In this document: piece by piece, positions 12,052-23,547 of the stretch | Layout of the letters: each line of letters starts with the position of its first letter | How positions within the stretch are numbered: position 1 is the stretch's first letter | Source of the DNA: Octopus sinensis | Lineage: Eukaryota | DNA length: 64,000 nt | Assembly: GCF_006345805.1 (NCBI RefSeq) | Contig: NC_043005.1 | Coordinates: 3,286,001-3,350,000 of the forward strand | Direction: 5' to 3' | Notes under the pieces: generated by a model | Databases searched by the model: none | Seen by the model: only the letters and a program-made list of their open reading frames with translations | What the model was told of the DNA's origin: nothing | Position numbers and translations under genes: made by a program

Positions 12052-12363
12052 GAGTGCGGCTTTGCTGGAGCACCGCCTTTTAGTCGAAGAAAGCGACCCC
12101 AGGACTTATTCTCTTTAAGCTTGGTACTTATTCTATCGGTCGGTTTTGCCGGACCGCTAAATACGGGGACATAAATGAACCAACACCGGTTGTCAAGTGG
12201 TGATGGGAGAAGAAACGCAGACACACATATTTGTGACGAGCTTCTTTCAGTTTCCGTCTATCAAATCCACTCACAAGGCTTTGGTCCGTCCGAATTTATA
12301 GTAGAAGACACTTACTCAAGGTGCCACGTAGTGGGACTGAACCCGAACCACGTGGTTGGGAAG
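12052..12363 (-). mobile_element. SINE family A
   Basis: Same blocks as 54941-55296, reverse strand, followed by (TG)n. Confidence 0.85.
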
Positions 12364-12382
12364 AATGTGTGTGTGTGTGTGT

Positions 12383-12419
<37 letters not shown>

Positions 12420-12769
12420 GTGTGCATGTGTGTGTATGTGTGCGCGTGCACGTCATATACAAAAATGCGCGCGGATATGAAACCATATCTTTCATAATTT
12501 TAGTTTAGTTTAATCAAGGCCTTGCTGGAGCATCTCCTTCGTGTTTCTCTAGATGCATATTGTGCGTTTATGTTGATATTCTCCCCACTAACACTTATGT
12601 TCTTCCTCTTCGCAGTTCAAACTCCGTTTTCTCTACAAAATACAAAAAAAAAAGCCGACGTTTCTTAAGAAAGCAATGCAAGGGAAGTAACTCTCACATC
12701 TGTATCGATCGTAAACTTTCTTCCAATCTCCGTTGGCAGAGTTTCAAATATTTTATCTCTCACTTGTTT

Positions 12770-13032
12770 CGGGCAAGGCAGCGGGGCCATGCTTCGGTAG
12801 CGCTTTGCAGACTTCCAGCCGAATGAATCGAGCCCAGCCTATTACTTATTCTATCGGTCTCTTTTGCCGAACCGTTAAGTTACGGGGACGTCAACACACC
12901 AACAGCGATTATCAAACGTTGAAAGTGGGGTGGGGGAGGACACACATAGATACATATACGACGGGCTTCTTTCAGTTTCCGTTTACTAAATCCTATCACA
13001 AGCTGTTGTTGGCCCCAGGCTATAGAAGAAGG
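12770..13032 (-). mobile_element. SINE family A, partial
   Basis: TATTCTATCGGTCTCTTTTGCCGAACCG and CTTCTTTCAGTTTCCGT blocks. Confidence 0.75.
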
Positions 13033-13514
13033 CACGCTCTTTCCGTCTGCTAAGTTTTCAAAACTTTTGACGATTGAGTTTTCAAAATCTGGAATTGTTT
13101 TAGAGTTCAAAACCTGTTCGATAATTGTTGAAAATGGACCTGAAAGAAAGGTTCAGCTGAAACAATTTTGACCAAAGGAGAGTCAGAAGAGACCACCATA
13201 ACGGTGGGACTGGAAGAACTGTTGGACCAAATGCCTTGTGGTATTTTCATATATAACATATAAAAAGGTACATCTTTCAGAACACTGTCATTTTATAAGA
13301 TTTTCTTGAAAGAAGATTACCGGAGAACTTTCATCTAATTCTTCCAAATCTTTCAGTTAAAACTGTATTGAAACCATTTGAGGAATTTATTATTATTATT
13401 ACATGTTTGACTTTTGCTTTGTATAAGTTGGCTCCAAGTCTCACCCAGAGACAAGTTAGAAGTTCATATTGGTGTTATGCCTAGGGTGTCATATATTTGG
13501 TTTTGTATATAGAG

Positions 13515-13760
13515 TTCTATTATTATTATTACAGCAACTGGTCGCACAAGGTTTAACGTAACCCACTGAAGCAAGCCAGCACGCTCGCATCATCACCACG
13601 GGCGATGGCGAGGCGAAGGCGTTGTGAAAGCCAAGCACTCTCACGGGCATCACCTGAGACCCCGGTGAGGCGAGCTGCCAACTTTGACAAGAACTTTGCG
13701 GTTAGTGGCCCAGCCTGGAAGCGATAATTCACTGTCAGGTTCCGTAACTTCAGGGTCTTT
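13515..13760 (-). mobile_element. 3' fragment of a CRE-like (REL-endonuclease) non-LTR retrotransposon
   Basis: GPLTAKFLSKLAARLTGVSGDARESAWLSQRLRLAIARGDDASVL resembles the CRE-clade C-terminus (GD.RE..FL.QRLS.AIQRGNAAS.L) and is followed by an (AAT)n tail. Confidence 0.6.
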
Positions 13761-14134
13761 CTGTCTTCCGTTCGGCTACGGAAGCAGTAACCCTCCCACA
13801 AAAATAAGTAGCATGGTAATAGCCTGGCTTGTTCAGGTCCATTTCTTATACCTGTGCCTTTCGTTGCAAATTCTACAAGCCGCGCCAGCCAAATCATGTC
13901 TTACGTTTCGTTAGTGCCTTTTCAATGGGCAACCATTTAACTGAAATAAAACTTACCACAGAAAAAAATGAAGCAGGAACCCCTAGCCACTTACACAAAC
14001 ATACAAGAATAAAACAGAAATGCATATGTATTTATGTATGTACGCTGTGGGGAAAAAAACTGGAAAAATTTCCATCAAAACAGAGATGTCCTTCATACGA
14101 GGGTTTTAAGTAGAACTTTACGAAAAAATTTAGA

Positions 14135-14150
14135 GGCCCTGAAAAGGGCC
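14135..14150 (-). promoter_or_regulatory. Histone mRNA 3' stem-loop (H3 copy 1)
   Basis: GGCCCTTTTCAGGGCC on the minus strand, 30 nt after the stop. Confidence 0.95.
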
Positions 14151-14180
14151 GTTGGTCTAAAGCAGTAGCTTATTTTCAAT

Positions 14181-15205
<1,025 letters not shown>

Positions 15206-15253
15206 ACTGTGCAAGTTTTTCCAACTTCGTGGTCGTCACTAGCGACAAATCCC

Positions 15254-15269
15254 GGCCCTTTTCAGGGCC
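15254..15269 (+). promoter_or_regulatory. Histone mRNA 3' stem-loop (H4 copy 1)
   Basis: GGCCCTTTTCAGGGCC. Confidence 0.95.
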
Positions 15270-15461
15270 ATTCATATCCTAATGTAAGCCACCTCGCCCT
15301 CTTTGATATGCTTAAATAGATTTAGTTTAAATTTCAGATTCGTTTTCAAGGAATTTTTTATTGTCCCTTTCTATGGGCCCCTCATCTCCTTACGTGCGAT
15401 GTACCTTCATTGGATCGCAATATCTGGGATTGATAAAAGGCGGTGATTATGGTAGGGTTAT

Positions 15462-15590
15462 AAGGCACGCCCGTGCGAAATGCTTAGCGGCTACGTTCTG
15501 AGTTTAAATTCCCTTGACTTTGCCTTGGAACACGAAACTATTCATCTAGCCCTCCCCTGAATGCTGGCCTTGTGCCAAAATTTGAAATTA
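15462..15590 (+). mobile_element. SINE family B, internally deleted (paralogue at 38005-38128, minus)
   Basis: CGAAATGCTTAGCGG…GTTCTGAGTTTAAATT…TTGACTTTGCCTT…GGCCTTGTGCCAAAATTTGAA. Confidence 0.65.
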
Positions 15591-16222
15591 ATAATTTGAT
15601 ACACTATGTTTGAACTTAGTCAATTTTATCTTGGAGCATTGCGTGAACTGTTTACAATTACTAACAACTCCAGGATCTCCAATATTCCAAATAGCTGGAA
15701 AACACCCAGTTCAACTCCGAACTCTGGAGTGTATTTCACCAAATTTGCCTGAAGAATAGCAATTCTTTTTCACTGCCGAGCTTTCAACTCCTCATTTCGT
15801 TAAAATCCTTAAAAATATATTATAAAAGCTGATGGTTACAGGTGGGAACTACTTCAGTTCCGCACAATACAGTATTTATGCTAGAAATAACAGCTACATG
15901 CAGGCTCCGGGTGTGCGAACATGGAGAGCTACTTACTAATAAAGCATCTGGACTGCTTCTCGACTCGGATCCACGCAAGCAAAATCGTATGAATTGTGGA
16001 CCCACAGCAGTATATTAAGGGTCCAACCCCTCATGACATTTCTTTGGGGGAATTTTCATAGCTTTTTGCGAATGTTTGTTGTACACAGAAATTCATAGGC
16101 TTTCGGAAATTTTTAAATCCCGTTTTAAAAATACGGAGTCCGAATCTGCAATTATGTTCCCTGTTTAATTTCTAAAAAAACTTTTGGACTCCAAATTAAA
16201 AACTTTACTGTTAGCAAATGTT

Positions 16223-16259
16223 GGTACTACTTAAGAACAGCGGTTCTTTAAGTAGTACC
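16223..16259. mobile_element. Collapsed MITE (37-bp hairpin) with 8-bp TSD
   Basis: GGTACTACTTAAGAAC…GTTCTTTAAGTAGTACC flanked by CAAATGTT at 16215-16222 and 16260-16267. Confidence 0.8.
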
Positions 16260-17532
16260 CAAATGTTTTCTTAGGCACACTCGCTTGGAGCGGTGGGGGT
16301 GAACATTTCAGTTACGTCCGAATCAAATGTTTGGGGAAAGAATATTGAAAAACATCAATGTTTGACAAAAGAAAAAAACGTGTAAGGTGTGAGATGTTTA
16401 GAAATGGCTAAATCTCTCTTAAATCACAGCTTTTCATCTGGAAATTAAATAAATTGCAGGTTCGGACTGTCTGTATCTTAAACCGATGACTTATATTTTC
16501 CAAAAGAGTGGAAATTCTAGAATTTATGGGGTGGGGGTAAAAATTGGCGGACGTCAGAGATAGGAAGCACACATAAGTTGTATTTCTCCGTTTTGACGGA
16601 TTTTTCAGTGTTTCTTGGAAATGGATCTGGAGCATCATTTTAGCAGAAAAAAGAAATTCTCGAAAATTGTTTTTTTAACCTCTCCCCTCCGGACTGGGCA
16701 TAGAAACCTTTTCGATATAATTAGAGAACAAGTATACATTTTCAGACGAAAGAGCGAGTGATTTAATAGACATTTGGCTGTTGTTTCTAGCACATCCCAT
16801 GACCGGTTAGGTTGATAAAGGCCAAAAATTTCCCCCCAAAATATTTTTTTTAATAGCATTTGAGTTTTTGCAGATAATGTGGAAATGGGGAGAAAAATAT
16901 TGAAAAACATGAAGGTAGTCGTGGGATGTGCTAGAAACAAAAGCCTTCTCCCATGGTTAAGTGCATTCCAAAATCGGTCCATGGAAAAAACGGAGAAAAT
17001 CCAAATTGTTCGCTAAATCGCATGAATTCCAGTGTCGTGAAATAAAATCGAAGGGCATATGGTGTGCTTGGATCAGAATTCCACAATCCCGATATAAAGA
17101 TTTCATTACTGTGATTTTATTTTACGTAACCTTTTCCGACAAATTCTCCAAAACAAGTGAGAGATCCGCTTACAGACCTTCCCACTCAGGGTCAGTTGCC
17201 TAAAAACCATGTACTAAGTTGTGCTGCTGGGCAACTCTTAAGCAAGGTGTAGATATTACAAACCACGAATCTGTAAATCTAGCTTTTAAACATTGAATAA
17301 GCTAGAGGAATCCCCAGAATACAATAGTAAACGAAGGCGTCCAGAGATAAAAACGGTTAAGAACCTTTCTTTATTATCCATAAGGATTTACATAGATGGG
17401 GACAATACAATGATTTGGGCACTCGGCTATACCCATAACCTTATCTACGGAATGACGCCTTTTATGTCTTGCTATTAAGAATCGAATCGCAAATAAAATA
17501 AACGGTAAGCAGACTAAAGTTAAGATGTAGTG

Positions 17533-17548
17533 GGCCCTGAAAAGGGCC
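17533..17548 (-). promoter_or_regulatory. Histone mRNA 3' stem-loop (H2A copy 1)
   Basis: GGCCCTTTTCAGGGCC on the minus strand. Confidence 0.95.
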
Positions 17549-17582
17549 GTTGGATTAAGCCAAGCACAATCACCGAAAGCGC

Positions 17583-17960
17583 TTACTTGGAAGCCTTCTG
17601 GGTCTTCTTGGGGAGAAGAACAGCCTGGATGTTGGGAAGAACACCACCCTGGGCGATGGTCACTCCAGACAAAAGCTTGTTCAATTCTTCGTCGTTACGG
17701 ATGGCCAACTGTAAATGACGGGGAATAATTCTGGATTTCTTGTTGTCTCTGGCAGCATTTCCTGCCAATTCCAACACTTCGGCAGCCAAATATTCCATCA
17801 CAGCAGCCAGGTAGACTGGGGCTCCGGCACCAACACGTTGGGCATAGTTTCCCTTACGCAGAAGACGGTGGATACGTCCGACAGGGAACTGAAGTCCAGC
17901 ACGGGACGAACGGGTCTTGCTCTTTCCTTTCACTTTACCTCCTTTACCACGACCAGACAT
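17583..17960 (-). CDS. H2A: Histone H2A (canonical)
   Basis: 125 aa [34 protein letters not shown]…[12 protein letters not shown]. No SQ(E/D)Y tail. Confidence 0.99.
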   Translation of the reverse strand: MSGRGKGGKVKGKSKTRSSRAGLQFPVGRIHRLLRKGNYAQRVGAGAPVYLAAVMEYLAAEVLELAGNAARDNKKSRIIPRHLQLAIRNDEELNKLLSGVTIAQGGVLPNIQAVLLPKKTQKASK

Positions 17961-18228
17961 TTTCAGAGTTTGATACTAATCTGCAACGAAACAGAGAGAA
18001 CAATGAAATAAAAGGCGCCTTTCGCCTTTAAATACCGCCAAGGGGGCTCCAGCAGTCGGAGATTTGCACTAAGCAGGTAAAAAATGAGCGGGCTTTTGTC
18101 ACGTGGCACACTTGTCAAATTCTAACCAATGAAAATGAAGGGCGCGGATTTAGAAAAAATGTTCTTCTGCTGAGCCTAGTTGACAACTATAAATAGAGTG
18201 GAGGTTCGGATGGTCGTTATGAGACATC
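17961..18228. promoter_or_regulatory. Bidirectional H2A/H2B promoter
   Basis: TATTTAAA (minus, ~18027-18034), AAAGGCGCCTTT dyad, ATTTGCAC octamer-like 18062-18069, CACGTG 18100-18105, CCAAT 18126-18130, TATAAATA 18188-18195. Confidence 0.8.
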
Positions 18229-18606
18229 ATGCCACCAGCACCAGCTACCGCTTCGAAAGGAGCCAAGAAGGCTTCGAAGGCCAAAGCTTCACGTCCCCCC
18301 GGAGACAAGAAGCGCAAGAAGAAGAGGAAGGAAAGTTATTCCATCTACATCTACAAAGTAATGAAACAAGTCCACCCCGACACTGGCATCTCCAGCAAAG
18401 CTATGTCCATCATGAACAGTTTTGTCAACGATTTGTTCGAAAGAATCGCTTCTGAAGCCAGCCGTTTGGCTCACTACAACAAACGTTCGACCATCAGTAG
18501 CCGTGAGGTGCAGACTGCTGTCCGTCTGCTTCTCCCTGGTGAGTTGGCCAAACACGCCGTCTCTGAAGGTACCAAGGCTGTCACCAAATACACCAGCAGC
18601 AAGTAA
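18229..18606 (+). CDS. H2B: Histone H2B
   Basis: 125 aa [14 protein letters not shown]…[27 protein letters not shown]…AVTKYTSSK. Confidence 0.99.
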   Translation: MPPAPATASKGAKKASKAKASRPPGDKKRKKKRKESYSIYIYKVMKQVHPDTGISSKAMSIMNSFVNDLFERIASEASRLAHYNKRSTISSREVQTAVRLLLPGELAKHAVSEGTKAVTKYTSSK

Positions 18607-18636
18607 ATCTATTCTAGTCTTCGTCTATTTGACAAC

Positions 18637-18652
18637 GGCCCTTTTCAGGGCC
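18637..18652 (+). promoter_or_regulatory. Histone mRNA 3' stem-loop (H2B copy 1)
   Basis: GGCCCTTTTCAGGGCC. Confidence 0.95.
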
Positions 18653-20188
18653 ATCCATATTCTCTTGATTGTAACCCGATTTTCTACTTATGTGATTGAA
18701 GAAATAGCCGTAAAGGTGAGGGAAGTAATGTTGGTTATGGAGGACCCGATTCTGACTAAATTATTTGAATCCTCTCCCACCCTTTTCATTAACTTTTTCC
18801 GGAATTTTTTTTTGTTTGTGAAATAAGTAGAAAATTACGATTCTGAAAAAAATTGGTTAAATTACAATTAACCCAGGTTATCCACGTGCTAGAAATAACA
18901 GCCAAGTCTCAACTGCGATAACCTAGTGTAATCAATCGACTGACCTTTCTGCAAAGATTTCTTTCAGAGTAATTTTCCTGCATTAGAAATTAAAGTGGTT
19001 TTCTTTTTAAAACTTAAAACCTTTTGCGATTTTTTTCAATCAATATACGTGGGGAAAAGATGAACATTAAATTCTAATTTACGGAAAGTTCCGACCCCAA
19101 AATCCCCTGCTCGCCGTCATGCTGTCTAAAAGTGAAAATGAATGATTTTGTCTTCCACATAAATTACTCTGAAAGAAATCTTTGAAAGGTGAGTAGATTG
19201 ATTACATTTTGTGAGATTTGGCTGTGATTTCTAGCATATGGCTAGCCTGCTTGAAGGCCTAGGGGCATTTTTTTGAAAAATTGAAATTTTACAAATTTCA
19301 GCATCGTAATATTTCGCAAAAAAGAAATTTCCGGAAAAATGAGGGGAGATTTTTGAAATTTTCAGAATCGGATCCTCAAACCCAAAAAGTGGAATTCCGT
19401 AAAAAAAATCCATTTTACCGAAAGTTATGACGGAAAAATCGGATCTTGAGAATTTTCCGAAAGCCCCCCCCCCCCCCCGGGTTGTTAGCCCCAATTTTTT
19501 TTTTTTTTCATATTCGTTTTCTACATACTTGTTAACACCCAACAGGCTGGTTTATTCTTTTTTTGTTCCCGGGTGAAGATCTTAGTGATTCGTGGGTCGA
19601 TAAAAAATCGCTGTGTATATAAAATAGATCTGAGCTGAAGGAAGTTCAGTACAATTTTTTATGGAAATTACCGAACAAATGGATAAACTTTCCGAGGAGC
19701 CAAACATTAAATGGCTGCAAGAATTTTATGATCCGAAACATTTGAGAATTTTAATAAACGCGAATTCTTCACAAATTTCGGTCCCCCACCCCCTCCATCT
19801 TTGTATTCCACGTCCTGAAACCCTTGTAATAAACATTTTTAAAAAATTAACCCCTTCCTACTACATTCTTTCACAATGGTTGGACCAGAGTGTCTATATT
19901 GAAACGAAAGATTAATTTTAATTGTAATAAGTACAATGCAACATTTGACTGTCAAAGATATTTCTTTATTATCCATAAGGATTAACACAGATGGGGACAA
20001 TACAATGATTTGGGGTCAAAACATGAAACTTTTTACAATGAAATCGGATGGGTTATTTACAATGGAGTTACAATGAAATCGAATAAATACAAACAACAAA
20101 GAGACAAATGAAGTGAAAAGAACAGGGTAGCCGACCCCACGAGCCCTGTCATTTCAGCTGAGACTTTTGGTAGGTGATCATGGCGTGT

Positions 20189-23100
20189 TCATGCAGGGCC
20201 TTTCACACCCAGCATCCGTGCTACATGCATCCATCTTTTTTTGAATATAGACTTTGTCAGACACCTTTTCTCTAGCTCCACCTTCCTCTTCAGATGGAAC
20301 CTGAAGAAGTTTGTTAGGGCGGTGCCAGAGATCATGGTGTCTGACATTAAACCTTTCACTCTTGTCTTCCATATAACCTCTTTCGCAACTGCTACTGTCA
20401 CGAGAAAGCAATGCTTACCTTCGTTCGTCATGAAACCAGGTGGGTCAATTTTAAGGATTGACTCAGACGACAGCTGTACTCTTCCCTCGTCCGACAACAG
20501 GTGTTCGGCATAAACCCACACTTCCGAAATCTCCGGGCATTTAACAATGGCGTGCAGGACTGTTTCCACATCCTGTCCGCACCTTGGGCAGGCCGAAGGT
20601 CCACTGTGACCATGTCTTGTGAGTTTATCTCGAACGGGTAAGGCTCCTCTGTAACACTGGTCTGAATGTCCTTTGGAACAGGCTGTCCAACTGATTACCA
20701 TCGAGGCCCAGGGTCCTTCCCAGGGTATCGTCATTTCCGGCCTCTACCAACCTGCTATAGAACGCTGCGGTTGTACCAAAGCCACCGGCATTGCCCGAGT
20801 TGCGGAAGCGTACGAGAGCCTTTCGGCACTCCGAATACCACATACTTGATCTTAGTCTGCGACGAAACCAGGTTTCTCTACCACCAAAACTGGCAAAGCT
20901 GGGGAACGTCTGTTTTGCGAGCGGGGACCACACCCGTTCACCATCCAGGTAGAGCCAAAGATGCCTTAACCTCAGCGCATGCCTGCGCATCAACAGCCAA
21001 GGCATCCCTAACCCACCCTTTAACGGTTGTTGACAACAGATAGAACGTCTCACAAGAGGTTTGGAGCCTTTCCACAAAAAGCGAAAGATTTGCCTCTCCA
21101 ACTTGGTCACCCACGAATCCGGACAGGGGACGACGGTTAGGCGGTATATGATGACCGATGCCATGAAGACATTGGCCACCTCCGCCCTTCCTTTCAAGGA
21201 TAGCCACCGCCAAGACCAAATCCTGACCACGTGGGCCACCTTGCTCGTGACCTCAGACCAGTTCTTTTCTATCTGGAGGCCTGGACCAAACCAGACCCCT
21301 AGCAATTTAACCGGACCCTCCGTCCAGCATCCCACGATGCTGTTCGAAGGCATCGGCTTGCCAACCCAGGTGCCGAGTTGCAAGCCGACTGACTTTTCCC
21401 GGTTAATTTTTGCTCCTGTCACCGCCTCGTACTCCTTGATGGTGTTTCCTACATTCTGTAGGTGTTCCACCTTGGTCACGATGATGGTGATATCGTCCGC
21501 ATACGCAGTAACAGAACCTCCACCTCCTGGGTTCGTCGGGATGGCGCTCAGCTTTCGCAGTAATGGCTCGAGGGCCATCACGTATAAAAGCGGGGAGAGC
21601 GGACACCCTTGACGAACTGACTGTTTGATGTGGAATGACCTGGAAAGCAGACCATTCACCCGTACGATCGAGTCGATGTTGTCGTATAACTGTGTGATCC
21701 ACCCGAGGAAGCCGGCACCCAGCCCGAACTGTGCGAGCACAGACACCAGGTAACGATGGTTCACCCTATCGAATGCTTTACTCTGGTCTAAGTGGACCAA
21801 TGCCCCACCCTTGCCAGTGTTATTCTCAAACCCTTCTATGGTGTAACGTATGAGATGAAGATTGTCCTGAATAGTTCTTCTGGGGACTGCACAGGTTTGT
21901 GCCTCCCCGATCAGATCTTTCGCGACATGCGTCAACCTTTTCGCCAAAACCTTGGCCAAAATCTTCACCTCTGCGTTTAGCAGGGTGATGGGCCTAAAAT
22001 TATCTATTCTGTCCCCTTTGCCCGGGTCTTTCCTGATCAGCGTCACCACTCCCCGGCGTACAGATCTGGGAATCCTCCCATTCTGATTCCAGTTCGCGAA
22101 GACGCTGGCCAGTATTGGCCCGAGCAAGTCTGGCATACTTCTATATAATTCGTAGGGTAAACCATCGAGTCCCGGTGCCTTACCTCTGCCACAGTCAGCT
22201 ATGGCCTCCGTAATTTCCTCAAGTGTGATTGACCCTTCACAGCTCTCCGCCCCCCACCCCGAGAGGCGCGGCAATCCGGCGAGGAGGCCCGTGAGGTCCA
22301 CCCCCTCATCCGGACCACCCCCGCCCCCGAAAAGGTGGGCGAAGTGCTCCTGAAAGTTCCGACACATCTCCTCTGGTTCGCTTACCACATCACCCTTCTC
22401 GTTCGTCACAGACTTAATTGTGGAATCATTTCCGTGTTGAGCCTCCACAACTCGTGCCCATCTAGCGGCCTTAGTACCCTCGCTTCCCATTGCGCGGATT
22501 CTAGCCCTGACGATACAACCCATGTGTTTGGCTTCGAGGTGCTGGTTCAATTCCAGTCTCTTCGCTTTCACCAGGGTCCCATCGCCAGACCTTATGGCTT
22601 CTTCTAGAGCTTTAGCTAGTCCCTCTTCTTTCTTACGCCTTTTCGTTGCTAGTCCTATGCTATATCTGATGGACTCGTATTTTATGGCTCTCTTGAGCGC
22701 TAACCACCATTTATTGTTGAGAATGGAACCGGTTAACGCCCTCTGGATTAGTAACCTAATCCGGTTTCTGTACTCCTCCATCACCAGTAAGGATTTATTG
22801 AGTTTCCAGTAACCGGATCCTCTTCTACATACGCTATCTAAGTACAGCTCACTCGTGACCATCTTGTGGTCGCTGTAGCTGACCAAGTGGAACTGTGGAC
22901 ACTTAACTATATCTTTGTCTACTCTTCTAACAAGAATTCTATCTATATAAGACTTGGAAGACCCGTCGCTATTTGACCACGTCCACAGTGGAGCGTTCGG
23001 GAATTCCTGTCTGTATGGATCTACCAGCTGGAAACGACTCAGCAGATCCCGGAAGCCACTGTTAGGTGTCCTATTGGTTTTGGAGCCACCGCTATCGACA

Positions 23101-23540
23101 CGCGCATCGACGATAGCGTTAAAGTCCCCTAGCATCACTATGGGTTTTGACGTCCCTAGAAACTTCTCCAGGCCTCGGAAGAAATCAGTCTGTTGTGTTT
23201 GGGGTGCGTACACCGCCACCAGCCTGACCTCCCTACCACATCTGAACGTCAGGTCCAGGACGACCAGTCTGCCCTCTGGGTCAACAAAAATCACCTTTTT
23301 CTCCGAAACTCTATTCCTTTTAAGTAGGACCAACACTCCACTTCCTCCCCCCTGCTGGCATGGAGAGATATATCTCTCGTAGCCATTTAGGAGCGGGAGT
23401 AGATCTCTTGGTCCCTTTAACCGAGTTTCAGTAGCTACAATAATGTCTAAATTGTGTGACCTGATGTCATTTAGAAAACGTCCCTGTTTCCGGTTCGCCA
23501 TCAGGCCAGGTACATTTATACAACCTACTTGAACAGCCAT
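20189..23540 (-). pseudogene. Tx1-type ORF2: APE endonuclease, RT, C-terminal zinc knuckle; one frameshifting deletion
   Basis: INVPGL, ATETRL, VYAP, GDFN, IDRIL, SDH, GKAPGLDGLPYE, NFRPITLLN, DQSKAFDRV, RQGCPLSPLL, YADD. CPRC…ETVLHAIVKC continues in ORF 20189..20734 after a shift at ~20660. Confidence 0.92.
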
Positions 23541-23547
23541 AAATCAC

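Noticed and set aside
19942-19951. CATTTGACTG match between the Tx1 target and the SINE-A tail, suggesting the Tx1 targets SINE A
   Set aside because: Only 10 bp, and the flanks on either side do not resemble SINE A.
20625-20734. Programmed ribosomal frameshift in Tx1 ORF2
   Set aside because: No slippery site. The paralogue shows a 38-nt net deletion.
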